64,000 bases of DNA from assembly GCF_018350175.1 (NCBI RefSeq), contig NC_058380.1, positions 33,976,001 to 34,040,000 of the forward strand, given 5' to 3'. The notes under the pieces were generated by a model. The model was not told the DNA's origin. It ran no database searches and was given only the letters and a program-made list of their open reading frames with translations. This document shows, piece by piece, positions 40,701 through 54,854 of the stretch. The stretch is from Felis catus. Taxonomy: Eukaryota. The position numbers and the translations under genes are program-made. Positions within the stretch are counted from its first letter, which is position 1; every line of letters starts with the position of its first letter.

Positions 40701-43440
40701 TACAGTTAAATTTTAAACCAGACAATTTTATGTATTTGCACCTTTCTATCTGTCTATATACCTGCTATACAATTTTTATCAATTAAAGAACTGTATATAC
40801 GTGTAAAAAAGTCTAGAAGGATACTTATGGTGGCTATTTCTAAAGGGCAAATTTGGAGTAGTTATAGGAAATCTTTTACTTATATTTTAAATATGTCCAA
40901 AAAAAGAAAAGAAAACTTAGAAGCATGGGGACATAGAGTAGGTTTTCTTTTCTAAAAGCGCTTTTTTCACCTTTTCCAATTTATGAAAATTTTGAAACAT
41001 AAAAAATATTTGCTATAATGCACACCTGTGTAGCTACAACCTATCTACAAAATTGTTAGCAAGCTTATTTTCTATTTTAATTTCCCCAATAAACATGTGC
41101 TGCTTTTGTAATCAAGAAAAAGAATTATTGAGAAGTAAGGGTAATAAGACGACTTGGGAAATTTTGGAGAAAAAAAGGGAACTTTTCCTCCCAACCTAGG
41201 CTGACTGGGCACAGTTCAGTTCAATTTTGTTTAACATGTAACTCATCTGTGAATCCATCTTGATGCATACCCAGCTTCTGCCATCCACAAAGATTTATGA
41301 GGTTTAATACAGCATTCTTTTAAAATCATCTTTGAGTATTTTCCCCTTCCTCTACAGACCTTAAAGACTTGTAAAACTTGGTTACCAGTTAGTAACTTTA
41401 GCATATTCTTCTACAACATCTCCTCTCTCCTTTACTCATTTTATCCAATTTTCCATTTCAGGTGATAAGTCTAACCTTAGCTAGGTGATACCTTCTTACC
41501 CACTGGTACTCTATAGGCTACGGGTGATACAAACATTGTATTTGAAATACATGTTTCATACTTGTTCTGCCTGAGCCAGTACACCAATAACTGATGACTT
41601 ATACATTATTTTAATAGATTGGGTAATTCAGGTTTTAAATACAACTTATTGTATACTGCCACCTGAACTTTAACACACAGTATTCTGGCTAATAAACACA
41701 TTCATGGAAAATACCTATGAGCAGAGGTACCTGCTCTCAGTCAGGAAGATGTGAGTCTTCCTCACCCTGTTCAAATGCTTGGATATATAGTGTTTCACTA
41801 ATACAGCAACTATATTGTCATTTGAAATTTGGAAAGTGAACTAAAACCATGTTTTTTCCCCACATCCCACAACCTTGCAAAGATGTTTATACTGAATACA
41901 ACAGTTTTCTCTGCCTTTACTTTGTGCCTTAGTGGAGACACAGTGGACAGAATTCTGACATTTCTTTTCCTGACCCAGAGATAGGGATGTTTGTGGTACT
42001 GAGGTTCAAGGTATATTTCTTTGAAGTACTTACATGTTCAGAATTCTGTATTTATATGAAATTTAGAATGTATTTTCAATACCTTTGGAGTATTGGGTAG
42101 AATTGAGGGAAAATGTCTGCCTCCTTATATCCAGGCTCTTCAACAAGAATAAAAACTTAAAAGTAAATAGTTTTCTCATCCCCAAGAATTTTTTGAAAAG
42201 AAAGGAGAATTCATAGAATTAGTGAACTGACTGATGTGCTTCCTTTACCTTCTGAAATACCTACTGAATTTCAAATGGAAATGTTTGTTTGGTATTTTAT
42301 CTTCCTCAACAGATCCATCAGAAGTGGAAGTAAATTTGCTTTCATGAACAAGTTCAGTGCTAGGGCCTCATTATATAATTCACAGGTTTTTTATTTCATT
42401 GAAAGTCATTTGTTCGAAGTTAAAATCTGGATGGCTAATCCTCTACTTAGGTATACCATTAATAAGTATTGTCAAATTTTATGTTTGTGGATAAATGATT
42501 ATATTTCCAAAGGTATGATGTATATAAAAGCACATTTCAGACAGTGAAATGGTTTAAAATCCAAAACTTAAGGAGCGTCATATCATTTGCTGTGTAACTC
42601 CTACTATAGGGTCATTTTATTGCATCATCCAGGAGAGCCTTTGGTTATTTGTGAACAAGAGGCAAGGAAAAAGCACAGAAAGGTTTGGTTAACAACCCTG
42701 CCTTCTGCTCTAATCCCCTTGGCAAGTAATTAGACAATTTGTAGCCATTGCTTAGAATCTCTACTGATTGAAACAAATGGTCACATTTCTATGAATTCCA
42801 CATTGACAGCTGGGTCTAGTTTTTTTTTTTCTTAACTGGTGAAATTTTCAGGACAGCAGGCCATATCAGAGAGCGTGGGAGGGAAATACACTGATTCAAC
42901 AAGCCAAGCTCATGCAGATTGCTTACCTGAGCTAAAAGGCACAACACAGAGCTTCTTCCTGAGCAGAAGTGCTAGGACCTTAGGACAACTTCTCCTGCTT
43001 TATTCTCTTCCTCTACTAAATCTCCTCTCCCTCTTTATTCATCTTGCCCACTTTATTCCATTACCCATTTGATGTAATAAGTCTAACCTCAGTTAAATGA
43101 TACCTCTTATAAACTCAGGTCCCCACTGTGATTTTGTAAAGCTATTGGTGAGTTAACCAATGTCCCTTCAAATGTAACATTCATTCTCCTTTCCAAGGAC
43201 TTATATGAAATTTAATAGATTCTTTCCATAAATGGATCTAATATTCACATATATACTGGGGAGATTATATTCTTTACAGACTTTTTTTTGGATTTGACCA
43301 TATTTGCAAAATTACCTGTAAAAGTGAGAAGTACTTCCAGATGGAGGTCTCTCGGTTGAAGGCATTTCTATTTCCTTGTTTGTAGTTGCCTGTACTCTGC
43401 TAATAATCCTGTCTACACAGTTCTCATTCATACTTCCTAT

Positions 43441-43648
43441 TTTTTTTTAACTTTTAATGCTTATTTTTGAGAGAGAGACAAAGTGAAAGCAGGGAGGGGA
43501 AAAGAGAGAGGGAGGCACAGCATCTGAAGCAGGCTCCAGGTTCTGAGCTGTCAGCACAGAGCCCAGCATGGGACTTGAACCCACGAACTGTAAGACCATG
43601 ACCTGAGCTGAAGTTGGATGCTTGACTGACTGAGCCACCCAGGCGTCC
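43441..43648 (-). mobile_element. SINEC element
   Basis: TACTTCCTATTT repeated at both flanks. Confidence 0.92.
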
Positions 43649-45446
43649 TTCCTACTTCCTATTTATGCCTGGAATATTCTGTTAGTGCCAGAGTAGATGA
43701 AGGATAGCACTCCTATTGTTTTTCTTTTTTCTTTTTTTCTTTTGGAGCTATCTTTGCCTTTTCACTCATCCTATACTATGCTTCTATCTCTGCCTGAAGA
43801 CCAAGGTTGATTCCAATACAAATCATACTTTCCATAAAAGCCAGAGGAGATGGGGGCAGGGCTGAGCAGCAAGGTATTAAGTAACAATCATTTTCTCCAT
43901 TTCCACAACATGCTGCTCTTGCAAAGGAATCATGTAGTGCATCATCTCTGTGGCTTTTAGGTCCTCTATACCCTGGTTTAGTCAAATTGAAAAGTACATG
44001 AATTCCTGGGCCCATTATCAAGAAGTTGCCAACAGCCTAAAGAAGTCAGTACACTACTATTTCAAAAAGTGAACCGAGAAGGTTTACTACAAGAAACTCA
44101 ATATCAAGATGCCTTAATGGGACACCTAGACAGAGACTCAACAGGGAGCATCTAAGGGATTACAATGACCCAAAGGACTCTATGAGTTTATTCAATCATC
44201 ATTACATGTGCATAGTATACATTTATCAGCCTTTAGAAAATACACACAGGAGATTTTTGGCTATATGAACATTTTCTACTGCCTTTTATGCTGATGGAGG
44301 TAGATCTTTGCTTTGTAAAAACTGATTTTTAAAAAGTCTAACCTCATTTGAAATAGCATTTTACACACAACCCACATTTATGATGATGGTTTGTATAGCC
44401 ACTTTGAAAATGCCAGACACTTCTTTCAACTTGTTACTAATTACCATGATACATTCACAGGTAAAAAAGAAAACATGTCAAATATAATAGACTACATTTT
44501 CAATTCAGAGTAAGTCACTGCAGTGTGTAGTTTGATAAATTTGAGGTATATACTACTGTGAGTTAACATGTCCATGTGACACAACATTTGCCAACAACTT
44601 GGGGAATGATAACACAACCAAAATTTAATCACACTTCTTAGATCAACTCTTTATTTTCTTAATTGTCCTTGGGCATTATGACTGTGCCACTCAGTTTTAG
44701 ATCTCTTTATCATTTATTATTTTCCATTCATTTGAGATAAATAAAATTTATTTTAAAGAAAGCAAGATAGAGCTAGTCTTGAATTAACAGTACTGTACAA
44801 AATGCCCCTCAGTAGTAAAGATAGGTTTCCTCTTAAGCATTTAATATTTAGAAACAAGTATTCTTATCCTCAGTTACTTTATGTATCTCCCCAGTAAGAA
44901 ACTCAACTTGGCCAGTGACATTTAGTATAGGTAATATTTTAAAAGAAACTAATTTTTATCTCACTTTGTTTCTTTCCCTCTCACCATCCTCCTTTCTTCA
45001 CTTTCTTCATATAGACACAAATCAATAGGAAAATGCAGAATAAATTTGTTATTTCCCAATAGAATGAATGATGTGACATCCATCAATCGATCCATCCATT
45101 CACTTTTATAAGATGAGAAACTGAATTCTTGACAGATAGGTATCATTAAAAATAATAAACTCTTAATCCCCCACAATGGTAGATATTCTTATAAGACTAT
45201 AATGTTTCCAAAATTTGAAGATGAATTACTTGTTTTCTCTTGTCTATTCCACCTCAGATTTGCAAAACAAACTTTATTTCCTTTCCAGACTTCTGTTTGG
45301 TGAATCTCAATAATATTACAATTAAAAAGCAGGATAAACAAAACTGTTCTAAATAAAGTGACATTCATCTCTGAAAGCAGTTATCAGTCGGCCAAAATGC
45401 TTTCAGTAAATACTATCTTATGGACAAGATGAGCCCTGCTTCTTAC

Positions 45447-45559
45447 CTGGTGTTTGAAAATTAAGGCGCCTCAGTTCTACTGGGTCTGTTGGATGGTGTG
45501 AAGGGACCTCCTTACTGTTGGGTATGCTGCTCTTTCTAGAGTCAGACTCTGCCCTCTTC
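45447..45559 (-). CDS. PTPRD: PTPRD juxtamembrane exon, 113 nt: (R)[37 protein letters not shown](G)
   Basis: Fully visible; acceptor TTTTCTCCCTACAG, donor CAG|GTAAGA; peptide recognised as PTPRD. Confidence 0.98.
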
Positions 45560-48500
45560 CTGTAGGGAGAAAATTTTTTTAAAAATGTAAGAATACAATA
45601 AAAAAGCAATTGAAACATTTAAAAAGCTCCCAACTTTCTGTTTTACAACCATCTGTCAGGTCAGTTTTGTGACCCTGTTCTGGTTGCTTTACCTCTCTTG
45701 GCCTAGACCATTTCCTCAAGTCTAAAATATTTGCTTAAGTGAATGATCTCAAAGTCCCCCTTCAGCTCTAGAATTGAATTCTTCACTGCCTCTGCCATTA
45801 GGCATTAAGGGGGTGTTGGAGAGATATGCTTGAATCCTGATGGCTACAAAGTGGGTCTGCACTGAATTTTCCCATATGACAGACAGATGCAGTAAGTGTG
45901 TTCTAAGATTCCAAGGTAGCACCTAGAAGGAGAATTAGCACTACACAAGACCAACATCCCCTTTCTCTTTCAAATTAAAAGAAAGAAAAATAGTGTTGGC
46001 TGCTTATGATGTTAAGCTGTGATTAATATTTCATTAATGAAAGTCAATCACAGAAAGATCAGAGAAAAAGTAATTTCACCTACTGGGTAGTCTCACTCTT
46101 CCAATGATCATTCATGGCATATGTGAACCATTAATAATGCCTTGTTATAAGTAATTCTTCACACAATGCATTTCATCTTTGTTTTAATTACTATCTACTA
46201 GTTTTATTAAATAACTTTGTTTAGGGTGTGATAATGTAATAGTAACAAATGTCTGTGCAAGGAACATCAGGTTTTTCTTCATAAGATTTCTTATTCAGTT
46301 TTTTCAAACCTTCCAAAACGCAGAGTGCTGCCTAAGTATTTTCTTTAAGGTTAAATTAGATTAAAAACTCAAGAAATGGAGACCTTTTCAAGCAGTGCTT
46401 TATTCTGTATTTATTCAAATACTGACTCCAGCAATCTCCAGGCTACAGTCGTAATCCTTGTGTCCACCCCTGTTTAAAACAAAGACATTCTTTTTTGGGG
46501 AAAGGGGCACAGCGGTGCTCAGGAACACTCCCTTGTCTTTCTGATATGACTGTCTCACAGCTCATTAGTGTTGCTGTGGCAATGGGATCCCATTGAGTGC
46601 CACCCAGGTCGTTCCATGGTAAGCCAGAGGGCTCCTGTTAAATAGCCTTTCTTTCCATCTCTGCTCATCTGTATAAAATAAAACTAACCAGGGGATGAAG
46701 GGAAGATTGATGCAAAAGGAAAGCACACTTGATTTGCTCAAGTGCAATGCCTTCGGCAAAACTGTGTTAATGGAATGAATTTTCTTGGGTGAGTCCTGTT
46801 AGACACCTTGCTCTCTCAGAACCTTGGATTAACCTGTCTCAGGATTTCCTGTTTCTACCTGAAGGTGTCAGGTATAGCCTAAGGACAGAATGCATTGCCA
46901 AGCTATGCCACGAATCAGAGGTGAGCACTGAATGTCAGGTGTGCCAAAAGTACTGGCGGTTCCAGTTGTATGGAGTGGAAAATGAGAAGCAAAGTAAAAG
47001 CAGAGCTGAGGGCTGACAAGAAAGATGTGAGAAGAAAGAGAAAGAGTGGCTCAAAAGACCATGTGAAAGAAGGACATGGTGACAAGTTTCAGAATGGAAA
47101 ATGCCACTATGATTAGGCTGTGGCTATGTGACTCATAGAGATTCATTTTACCACCAAAGGTATAGAAGCTAAATGGGCTCATGAAATGCCATGGACTGCT
47201 AGTCAGTCAGTCCCATGTGTAACAATCATACACTTGGCCTTCTCAATTCAAGGGGCCCAGTGGCCCTCCTTAAACTTCTTTTGTTCCAAATGAGCTGGCA
47301 CAGATGCATCTCTTTACTGATGTGCCAGACATAATGATTAAAACCTGAATTTTTATCCTTTCTCAAAGTGGCCCCACTGTCTTTCTTGCGGGATTATGGG
47401 GCCAGATGTAGAAATACCTGGGCAAGGAAACTGGGTCACTCTTGTAGGTACTGTGGAACATGCTCCTTATCTTTTCAGTGAGGCCAAGCTGAGTGACACT
47501 GAGACAAAGGGACAGAAGAGAATACTCTCTAAAGAAATTTAGTCTGTTTCTCTGGTGCCAGGAAAGGTGAATGTCACATCTTGTTGCCCAGACGAATCTC
47601 AGAAAACCCAAAGCTTGGGACTAAAACTGCCATGTATAGTTGTGACAATGTTGGGGGGGGGTCCTGACATTTAATAACTAACTTTTCCCTGACTTTATCT
47701 GTTCAAATAAATTACTTCCATGATCTCAGACTCAAAAATCCTATAGCCATCTCAGAAAACCAGCTATTTAAATTTCTTTTTTGCTTAGTTTAGTTCTGGT
47801 GGTCACAACGTGGGTACTGGCTGCCCACACTTTCATCACATTATTTTTAAACACAAATGTGTTAAAATGGTTGTTTTCTAACAGAAAGGATTTCTAAGAA
47901 ATGTTTGCAAGATGAAGAGTTTGGTCATCATTGGTAATAATGATAAATAGCTTTAAAAATAGAATTTACTGCCATAAAGGATTAACTAGTATATGAGGGT
48001 CTAAATCAGGCCCAACAGGAACGTCTGTGGTCATATTTTTCCTGATAGGTTTTCAGAAGTCTCATTATTCACATTTTCATTTTCAACTAGAAAAAAGTGA
48101 AGAATAGTGACTACAAACATATTTGAATTTTGCCTTGCTATTTTATTTTTTCTGTTAAGATTATAAAGTCCTTTTATAAGCTTATTTTCTGCAGAGAGAA
48201 ATATGTACTATATGCAGGAGGTATATGGGTGAAAAGGAAATGCAAGATCACATGACATTTCAGATATGGTGGAAACAGCATCATGAAAATATGTGGTGGT
48301 TTGGGATGGGAACCACATATAACAAAGATGCTACTTTGTGGTCTAAGGGGTTTTTTATCTTCACTTAATCTCACCTTGGTCTAAGGATGAGATATGAATC
48401 TACTTACTTAGAACAAAGATATTCGGATATATGGGCAAAGGCTTTTGGAAGAAAGATGCATCTATCTGAAATCCCTACTTTGGCTGAAAACAAAACGTAT

Positions 48501-48649
48501 TTTGCATGTGTTTTGGGGTGGATTAATGAAAACCAGTGATATTAAAAATAATTTTAAAAAAAGATACCCTACAGAAGTATTAAGTTACCTATGAGTAGAA
48601 GTGTAATGTAGCTTACTGACCAGTGTTAAGTGATTTCTGGAAAATAATA

Positions 48650-48850
48650 CAGCCATGGTTCTCAAACTTTAGCATGCATCTGAATCCCCTGGAAGGGATT
48701 ACTAAACTATAGACTGTTGCACTCACACCTAGAGTTTCCGATTCACTAGGTCTGGGGTAGGTAGTCTAAGAATTTGTATTTCTCTCAAGTTTCCAGGTAA
48801 AGCTAATGCTTCTGCTGCTGGTCCAGGTAACACTCATTGGGAACTACTGG
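48650..48850 (+). mobile_element. MER5A-like hAT-Charlie MITE, near full length
   Basis: TGGTTCTCAAACTTTAGCATGCATCTGAATC ... GAGAACTACTG terminal inverted-repeat-like ends. Confidence 0.8.
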
Positions 48851-49583
48851 AATATAGAACTGGGAGGACTAGACAACTGAGATGAGCACTGAGATCCTTT
48901 TCTTAGTTTAAGTTTCATCAGAAGTTTCTACCTGTCAATATAGACATGAAGATAGATATACATATAGATATGTTAGAAAAATAGGTTTGATTGGACCAGT
49001 CCTTCAATAATCACACAGATAGTAGTGCTATTATTATTATTATTCCTACTACTACTACTATTGCTGCTGCTGCTGTTATTATTTGAGTCTGGAAAGCATG
49101 GAAATAATTTGGAATGATGTCAGAATTTTCACAAATGCATGGCCGTCAATATTTACAGGATATTAAAATGCCATTAGTGCTCTTGTATTGGGAGATGACC
49201 TCAGATCAAACTTAAAAGCCAATCTTAAGTAAAAACAAACAAAACAAAACAAATGTCTTAATGGAACACCTCACATTTCTTTTCTGTAGACACATTAACA
49301 CATACAAATGCTCATACAAAATGCAGACTGGTTTCATTACCTTCTAAATTTGGCTTTACATAAAGATAATTTGTTATTTATATTTATATAGACAAACTAA
49401 TTTATTTCCCTCAGAATCATTTCAGTACCAATATTTTAATATTTTATATATCTAGGCTTTGTCCATCTTCCACCTGCCAGGTGACACCTTTTATATCCAA
49501 CCTCCACCCTCACCCCCTCAATACTTCCAATGGCTACCAGTGTCTTACTGAGCATTAAATGGGGTTTGTTCTCTATTCCTCAC

Positions 49584-49595
49584 CTGTCAGGTTTA
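49584..49595 (-). CDS. PTPRD: PTPRD 12-nt alternative microexon (S-K-P-D-R; meD-type), with a 15-nt variant starting at 49598
   Basis: Minus strand: CCTTTCTTTTTCTTTTTTTGCTGCATTAAAATGGAG/CAG|TAAACCTGACAG|GTGAGG. Phase 2-2 fits the downstream exon, and the KPD peptide matches the LAR-family juxtamembrane mini-exon. Confidence 0.9.
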
Positions 49596-52500
49596 CTGCT
49601 CCATTTTAATGCAGCAAAAAAAGAAAAAGAAAGGCTCAATGTTAGTTGGCCAATGTTAACAAGAGTAACTATGACAACGAAGATTTAAGAAAAACTGCTC
49701 ATAAGCAGGGCACATTAACTGACACACATTAGGAAATGACAGTGTATCAAAACATTTAAAGGACTCTAATTATGAGTTGAATGGAGGATATGAGGGTACG
49801 TAGCTAAATAAAGCATTTTGTGCACATGTTAATGTCACATTCGCTTATATCCACCAAGGTACAAAATATTGCCACAATTAATTATATCCCAGAAAGTGAT
49901 GATAGAGATATAATCTGACTTTTATAAAACATGCCATGAGGAAACTACTAATGTACTTAATGGAAATACAACATAATTCCATGTAAGAAATGTGTTCATC
50001 TAAAACAAAGTCTTAAGAGGTGTGTTATTTCTTTCATGATATAAGGTATCTGCAAATCCACTGAACTGCACAAAAATGTGCACAATGGTAGAATACACTA
50101 TGAGGTAATAAAGTGGCAAAAATGATTTCTTCAAACTCCTTTTGACGAGTAAGGTTATTATAAATCTTTTCTCCAATAAAAGATCAAATACATTTTCAGT
50201 TTTGGGAAAAGTAATACTCATCATTATAAATCTACAGAGCATGACCCATATATATCACTGGGCTAATCTTGAAAGTATTTTATTACCAGCCATTGACATG
50301 ACAGATATTTTCCCAGTCAAAGAGGTGCTCCTGTCTGTGAACACATCTAACTCATGCTCATGTGATAATATGTAGATTGTTTAGATAACTATGTTCTTTA
50401 TGCAGAGAGCATAACTATTTCCTGAAAAGAATTAATCTGAACAATCTCAACAGTGAGGCAAATTTCAGAGTTTTTAATGAGTTCTCAAATGCAAAATAGA
50501 GAACTGAGTCTACCTGAATGTCAATGAAATATATACCCAAGTTGCTAAAGTATCTAGCTTAGAGATAATCCAGTCTATCTCCTTTCAAAAATACAAAACC
50601 CACATTTAAATTTTACAAACACACACATACAAGGTGAATAATGAAAATGATATCAAAAATACTGTTTTTTTTATTCTTAATTTTAAAATGATTTACCTAG
50701 TGTTGTGGGTCTTAAAAATCCTATGTATATATGTTTCTAACTTCCTTGTTTTTAATCAAGGAGATCTTTAGTGAATCATCATAGGATAATCTGTTTCTTT
50801 GGATGGAAGAGAACTACTTAGTGAATTATCAGTTTTTTATATTAAAATGTTAAATAATCTGATGAACAAATGCATAGCTAGTGTGTGATTCACTCCCTCT
50901 TCCACAGAAATGTCAGACTCACCACACACCCTGGTACATATTTGGTGCAAGTATCTAAGTTTGAAGGCTTTGGAAGCTTATAAATTTAAATTATAGGCTG
51001 AGGATTTTATTAAAGCTCTTGCCAGTCAAGATGAAGGTGATATTGCATGATGGAGTAAATAAGTGGAGGGGATTGAGTTTGGAATTTGTTTAATGCCATT
51101 GATTTGTATAAATTTGATTACTCAATATTCCTCTGTGCCATGCACTTTACTAGGCATAAGGGCTAAGTGTGAGGAAATGACAGCATCCTTGACCTCTAGT
51201 TTAGAGGTGGCAAGAAAGACAAGAAAATGGGAAAATCTAGTAATGTGGTAGGTTCTGTAACATTAGATAAGTGGAAAGTGCTTTAACAGCATAGACAATA
51301 GAACCCTAGGGCAGCCTGAACTGGTAGAGAGAATAGAGCAAGAAGGAGGCACCCAGAAAAGCTTTTTGTTTAGGTGGGCATCTTAGTTTACTACTAAAGG
51401 ATGTTTTAGAGTCAGTCAGGCCAAGAGGAGAGGCTGGGGAGACAGAGGAAAGGTGTTTCAGGTATATGGAAGGATCTACTCAAGGGCCAGAAGGCAGAAA
51501 CAATTGGACAATCAATTGTCCAGTGTGGTTGGGCATGGAAGCATATATCTCCATAGCATCTCAAAATATCCTGATCTGTATTTCTTTCTTTGGTTACATC
51601 TTGGAAATATGTAAATTTGATACAAAAAGAGAAGACTAACAAAGCACAGACCACAGAGAGCAATCTTGGATCTACAGGAAAAGCTTGAAAAGCTAAGGCC
51701 TGTGTTTTAGTCTCATCTATTCCATGGCCTTCATACATGAACATCTTCAGGTGGGAATGGAAAAGATTTCCTTGGTCTATAGTATCTATTTAGGTTAGAC
51801 TATTTCTATTTAAGGATATTAGTTTTGTCTAGATAGTGCCTGAGATCTTTACAAACTCCTAATCCATATATTCTTTTTTTCCATGGTACATAATAAATAC
51901 TCCTCATTCATCTTGAAATGCTTTTCCATAGAGTCAGGTTAACATTTTATTTTAAGTATCTTCTATATAAGTAATTCCCGGATGGTTCTAACACTAATAA
52001 CTAAAAAGCCTTACACATGTAACAAGTGTACAGGGTAGAGGGAGATCTAAGAGTGTTCATTTGCTTTTTCTTTTCTTTTCTTTTTTTGTGGGGTGGATGA
52101 ATGAAGGGCAACCTGGAGTCATATTAAAAAAAAACATACACATACTGGAGGCAGAAATAATATAGCAATAGAACTATTAGGTGGTGTTTTAGGTTCTCAG
52201 ATTATAGAGCATTATTAAAAGGTCCAATTATCTAGTCTACCCACTTACTTTATAAATGAGGAAACTGAGGCCCAGAGTGTTAGCATGACTTTCTATCACA
52301 ATTAGCTACCTACTCACAGAGCTGGAACTTAAGTTTCCTGATTCCTGATTTTCTGATTAGTGTTTTTTTAAACCTTGATACCAACTTATCTCTGTAATTT
52401 ACATTTTGAAATATTGCATATATCACATATAGACAACAAAATAAAAAAAAATAGGGCAAAATAATCCATAACACTAAAGACCTACCAAATATATTTTAAT

Positions 52501-54604
52501 TTTCTGATGGTTCAGTGGGTATTGTAGGGTCCTTACAAAGCCTCAGTTGATGTTGTTTTGTCATTGATTATCAATGTATTATAGGTTTACAAATTACTAG
52601 ATTAAAAATAAAGTAAAATAAATACAATGTGAGATAAAATAGTGTAATGGTTCCACATTAATATAATTAATAGGAATAAGTCTCAGTCTTCTCACACAGA
52701 TCTATAAAATATTCTTCTTTATATGAACAAACCATCCATAGCTATAGACCTACTCTTAAGGCAAGTAGTTTTGTAAGCAAGTGTATGTGATTAGGTGGGA
52801 TTATCAAGATAATATGAGTTGATAATATTTAATAATAATAATGATAATACTAATTGTATATTCAATTCTGAGTCATTACCAACAACCTATGTGTAAAATG
52901 AAAGGCAGCCAAAAAGAGGGATGAAGTATTTATTATATAATTAACTTTGTTCAGAATCCAAGCTATAAAAGACACTATTCATTGCCTGNNNNNNNNNNNN
53001 NNNNNNNNNNNNNNNNNNNNNNNNNNNNNNNNNNNNNNNNNNNNNNNNNNNNNNNNNNNNNNNNNNNNNNNNNNNNNNNNNNNNNNNNNNNNNNNNNNNN
53101 NNNNNNNNNNNNNNNNNNNNNNNNNNNNNNNNNNNNNNNNNNNNNNNNNNNNNNNNNNNNNNNNNNNNNNNNNNNNNNNNNNNNNNNNNNNNNNNNNNNN
53201 NNNNNNNNAATGCAACTCTATTTTAACAGAGTCATAAAATCTTTAAATGTGATGCCTTTTTTTGAAGGATTATAAAAAATATATAACTGAGTTGAATTTT
53301 TCTTCAAGCACATGCACATGCGCAAACAGTTAATTACAGATCTTTAAAAAATTATCAAGGTTATAATCCTATTTCTTCATATTTACATAACTCACAAATG
53401 CCCTGCACATTTCTGTTAAGTGACATGATAATGATAGCCAGATATAGCAGAATGAAACACAACTTAAAAAAAATAAGGCAAGCATTTTGTCCATTTTGAA
53501 TAATCACAAAATGTCATGTGCCATGATCTAGAAATGCAACCATAAACAAGCACTTTCTGATCTGACTCTTACAGTAAGATTTAGCCACCTAAATAAATAT
53601 CACAGAAAGCAATGATAATTCTACTTTTAATCTTTTATTATTGTATTATCTTCTGATAATAAGTGTAGCACATGAGCAGCAAAGGATACCAGTTCCTGTT
53701 TGGACTCACTCAGGATGTTATTGTTCAGGGCATGTGGGTACCTTGTGCTCTCTGTGCTTACTTCTTACACAAGAGAGGCAATTAAATATACACTGGTACA
53801 ATATGGATTGGAATGGAGAGACTGAAACCATTATCTATGAGGAAAGATTGGCCTTCAGTTACCTGTCTTTTAAGCTATTTTATAGCATGGATAACGGAGT
53901 GATGGCAGTGATCAGGAAACAAAATAATGATGGGTATTTCTTTCTTTCTTTCTAACTCTAAAATAGAATAGGCAATTTAATAGGTTATGGTTATGAATTT
54001 CTTTAGTTTTCTTTAGTTTAGTTTTTTTCTTTTCAATGCTCTCTTCACACTGAAATAGAATACAGTCTCATAAGAGAAAGTTGCAAAGGACAAGTGTCTT
54101 GAAGGATATTTTTTTGAGTTGAGAAGAGGTTATTAAAAAAAAAGATTATTCCAGGAACATAAGAACATACTTAACAGAAGAATAAAGGTAGAAATAATTA
54201 ATGTAAACCCAGTGAAGGGAGCCAGATAAATAGGATAAAGATATAATGGAAGTAAGATTATCAGATTAAGTATGTCAGCAAGAATCAAAATGAAGACATT
54301 CTCATTTGATTTTGCAAGTCAAGGTTATGAGAGGGGAGAAAGAGAGGGAGAGAGACAGAGGGACTACTTTATAGTACAGGGAAGTGGTCATCTTCACAGG
54401 AGAGTTCTTAAAGGTGATACACCACAAAGAAAAATGGGAACATAGATTAAAGTTTCATAAAAATAAAATTTGGATTGGAAAAAAATAAAAAGTGACACAA
54501 AGGAAGATAATTTAGAATTTAGTCAGTCTACATGTTTATGAGTTTGCATTATATATGTTAATACTTACAATTTTATATATTTTGGTATTATATATATTTA
54601 TTAA

Positions 54605-54854
54605 TTTTTTAACATTTATTTATTTTTGATAGAGCACAAGAGGGGGAGGGGCAGAGAGAGGAGGAGACACAGAATCTGAAGCAGGCTCCAGGCTCTGGCT
54701 CCTGGCTCCTGGCTCCTGGCTCCCGGCTCCTGGCTCCTGGCTCCCGGCTGTCAGTGCAGAGCCCAATCAATGTTGGGCTGGAACTCACAAACCGCGAGAT
54801 CATGACCCGAGCCAAGTTGGACGCTTAACCCAAGTTGGAGCCACCCAGGCACCC
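54605..54854 (-). mobile_element. SINEC element with internal 7-bp tandem array
   Basis: Typical body interrupted by (GGCTCCY)7 at 54697-54745; degenerate TSD GGTATTA(T/C)ATAT. Confidence 0.92.
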
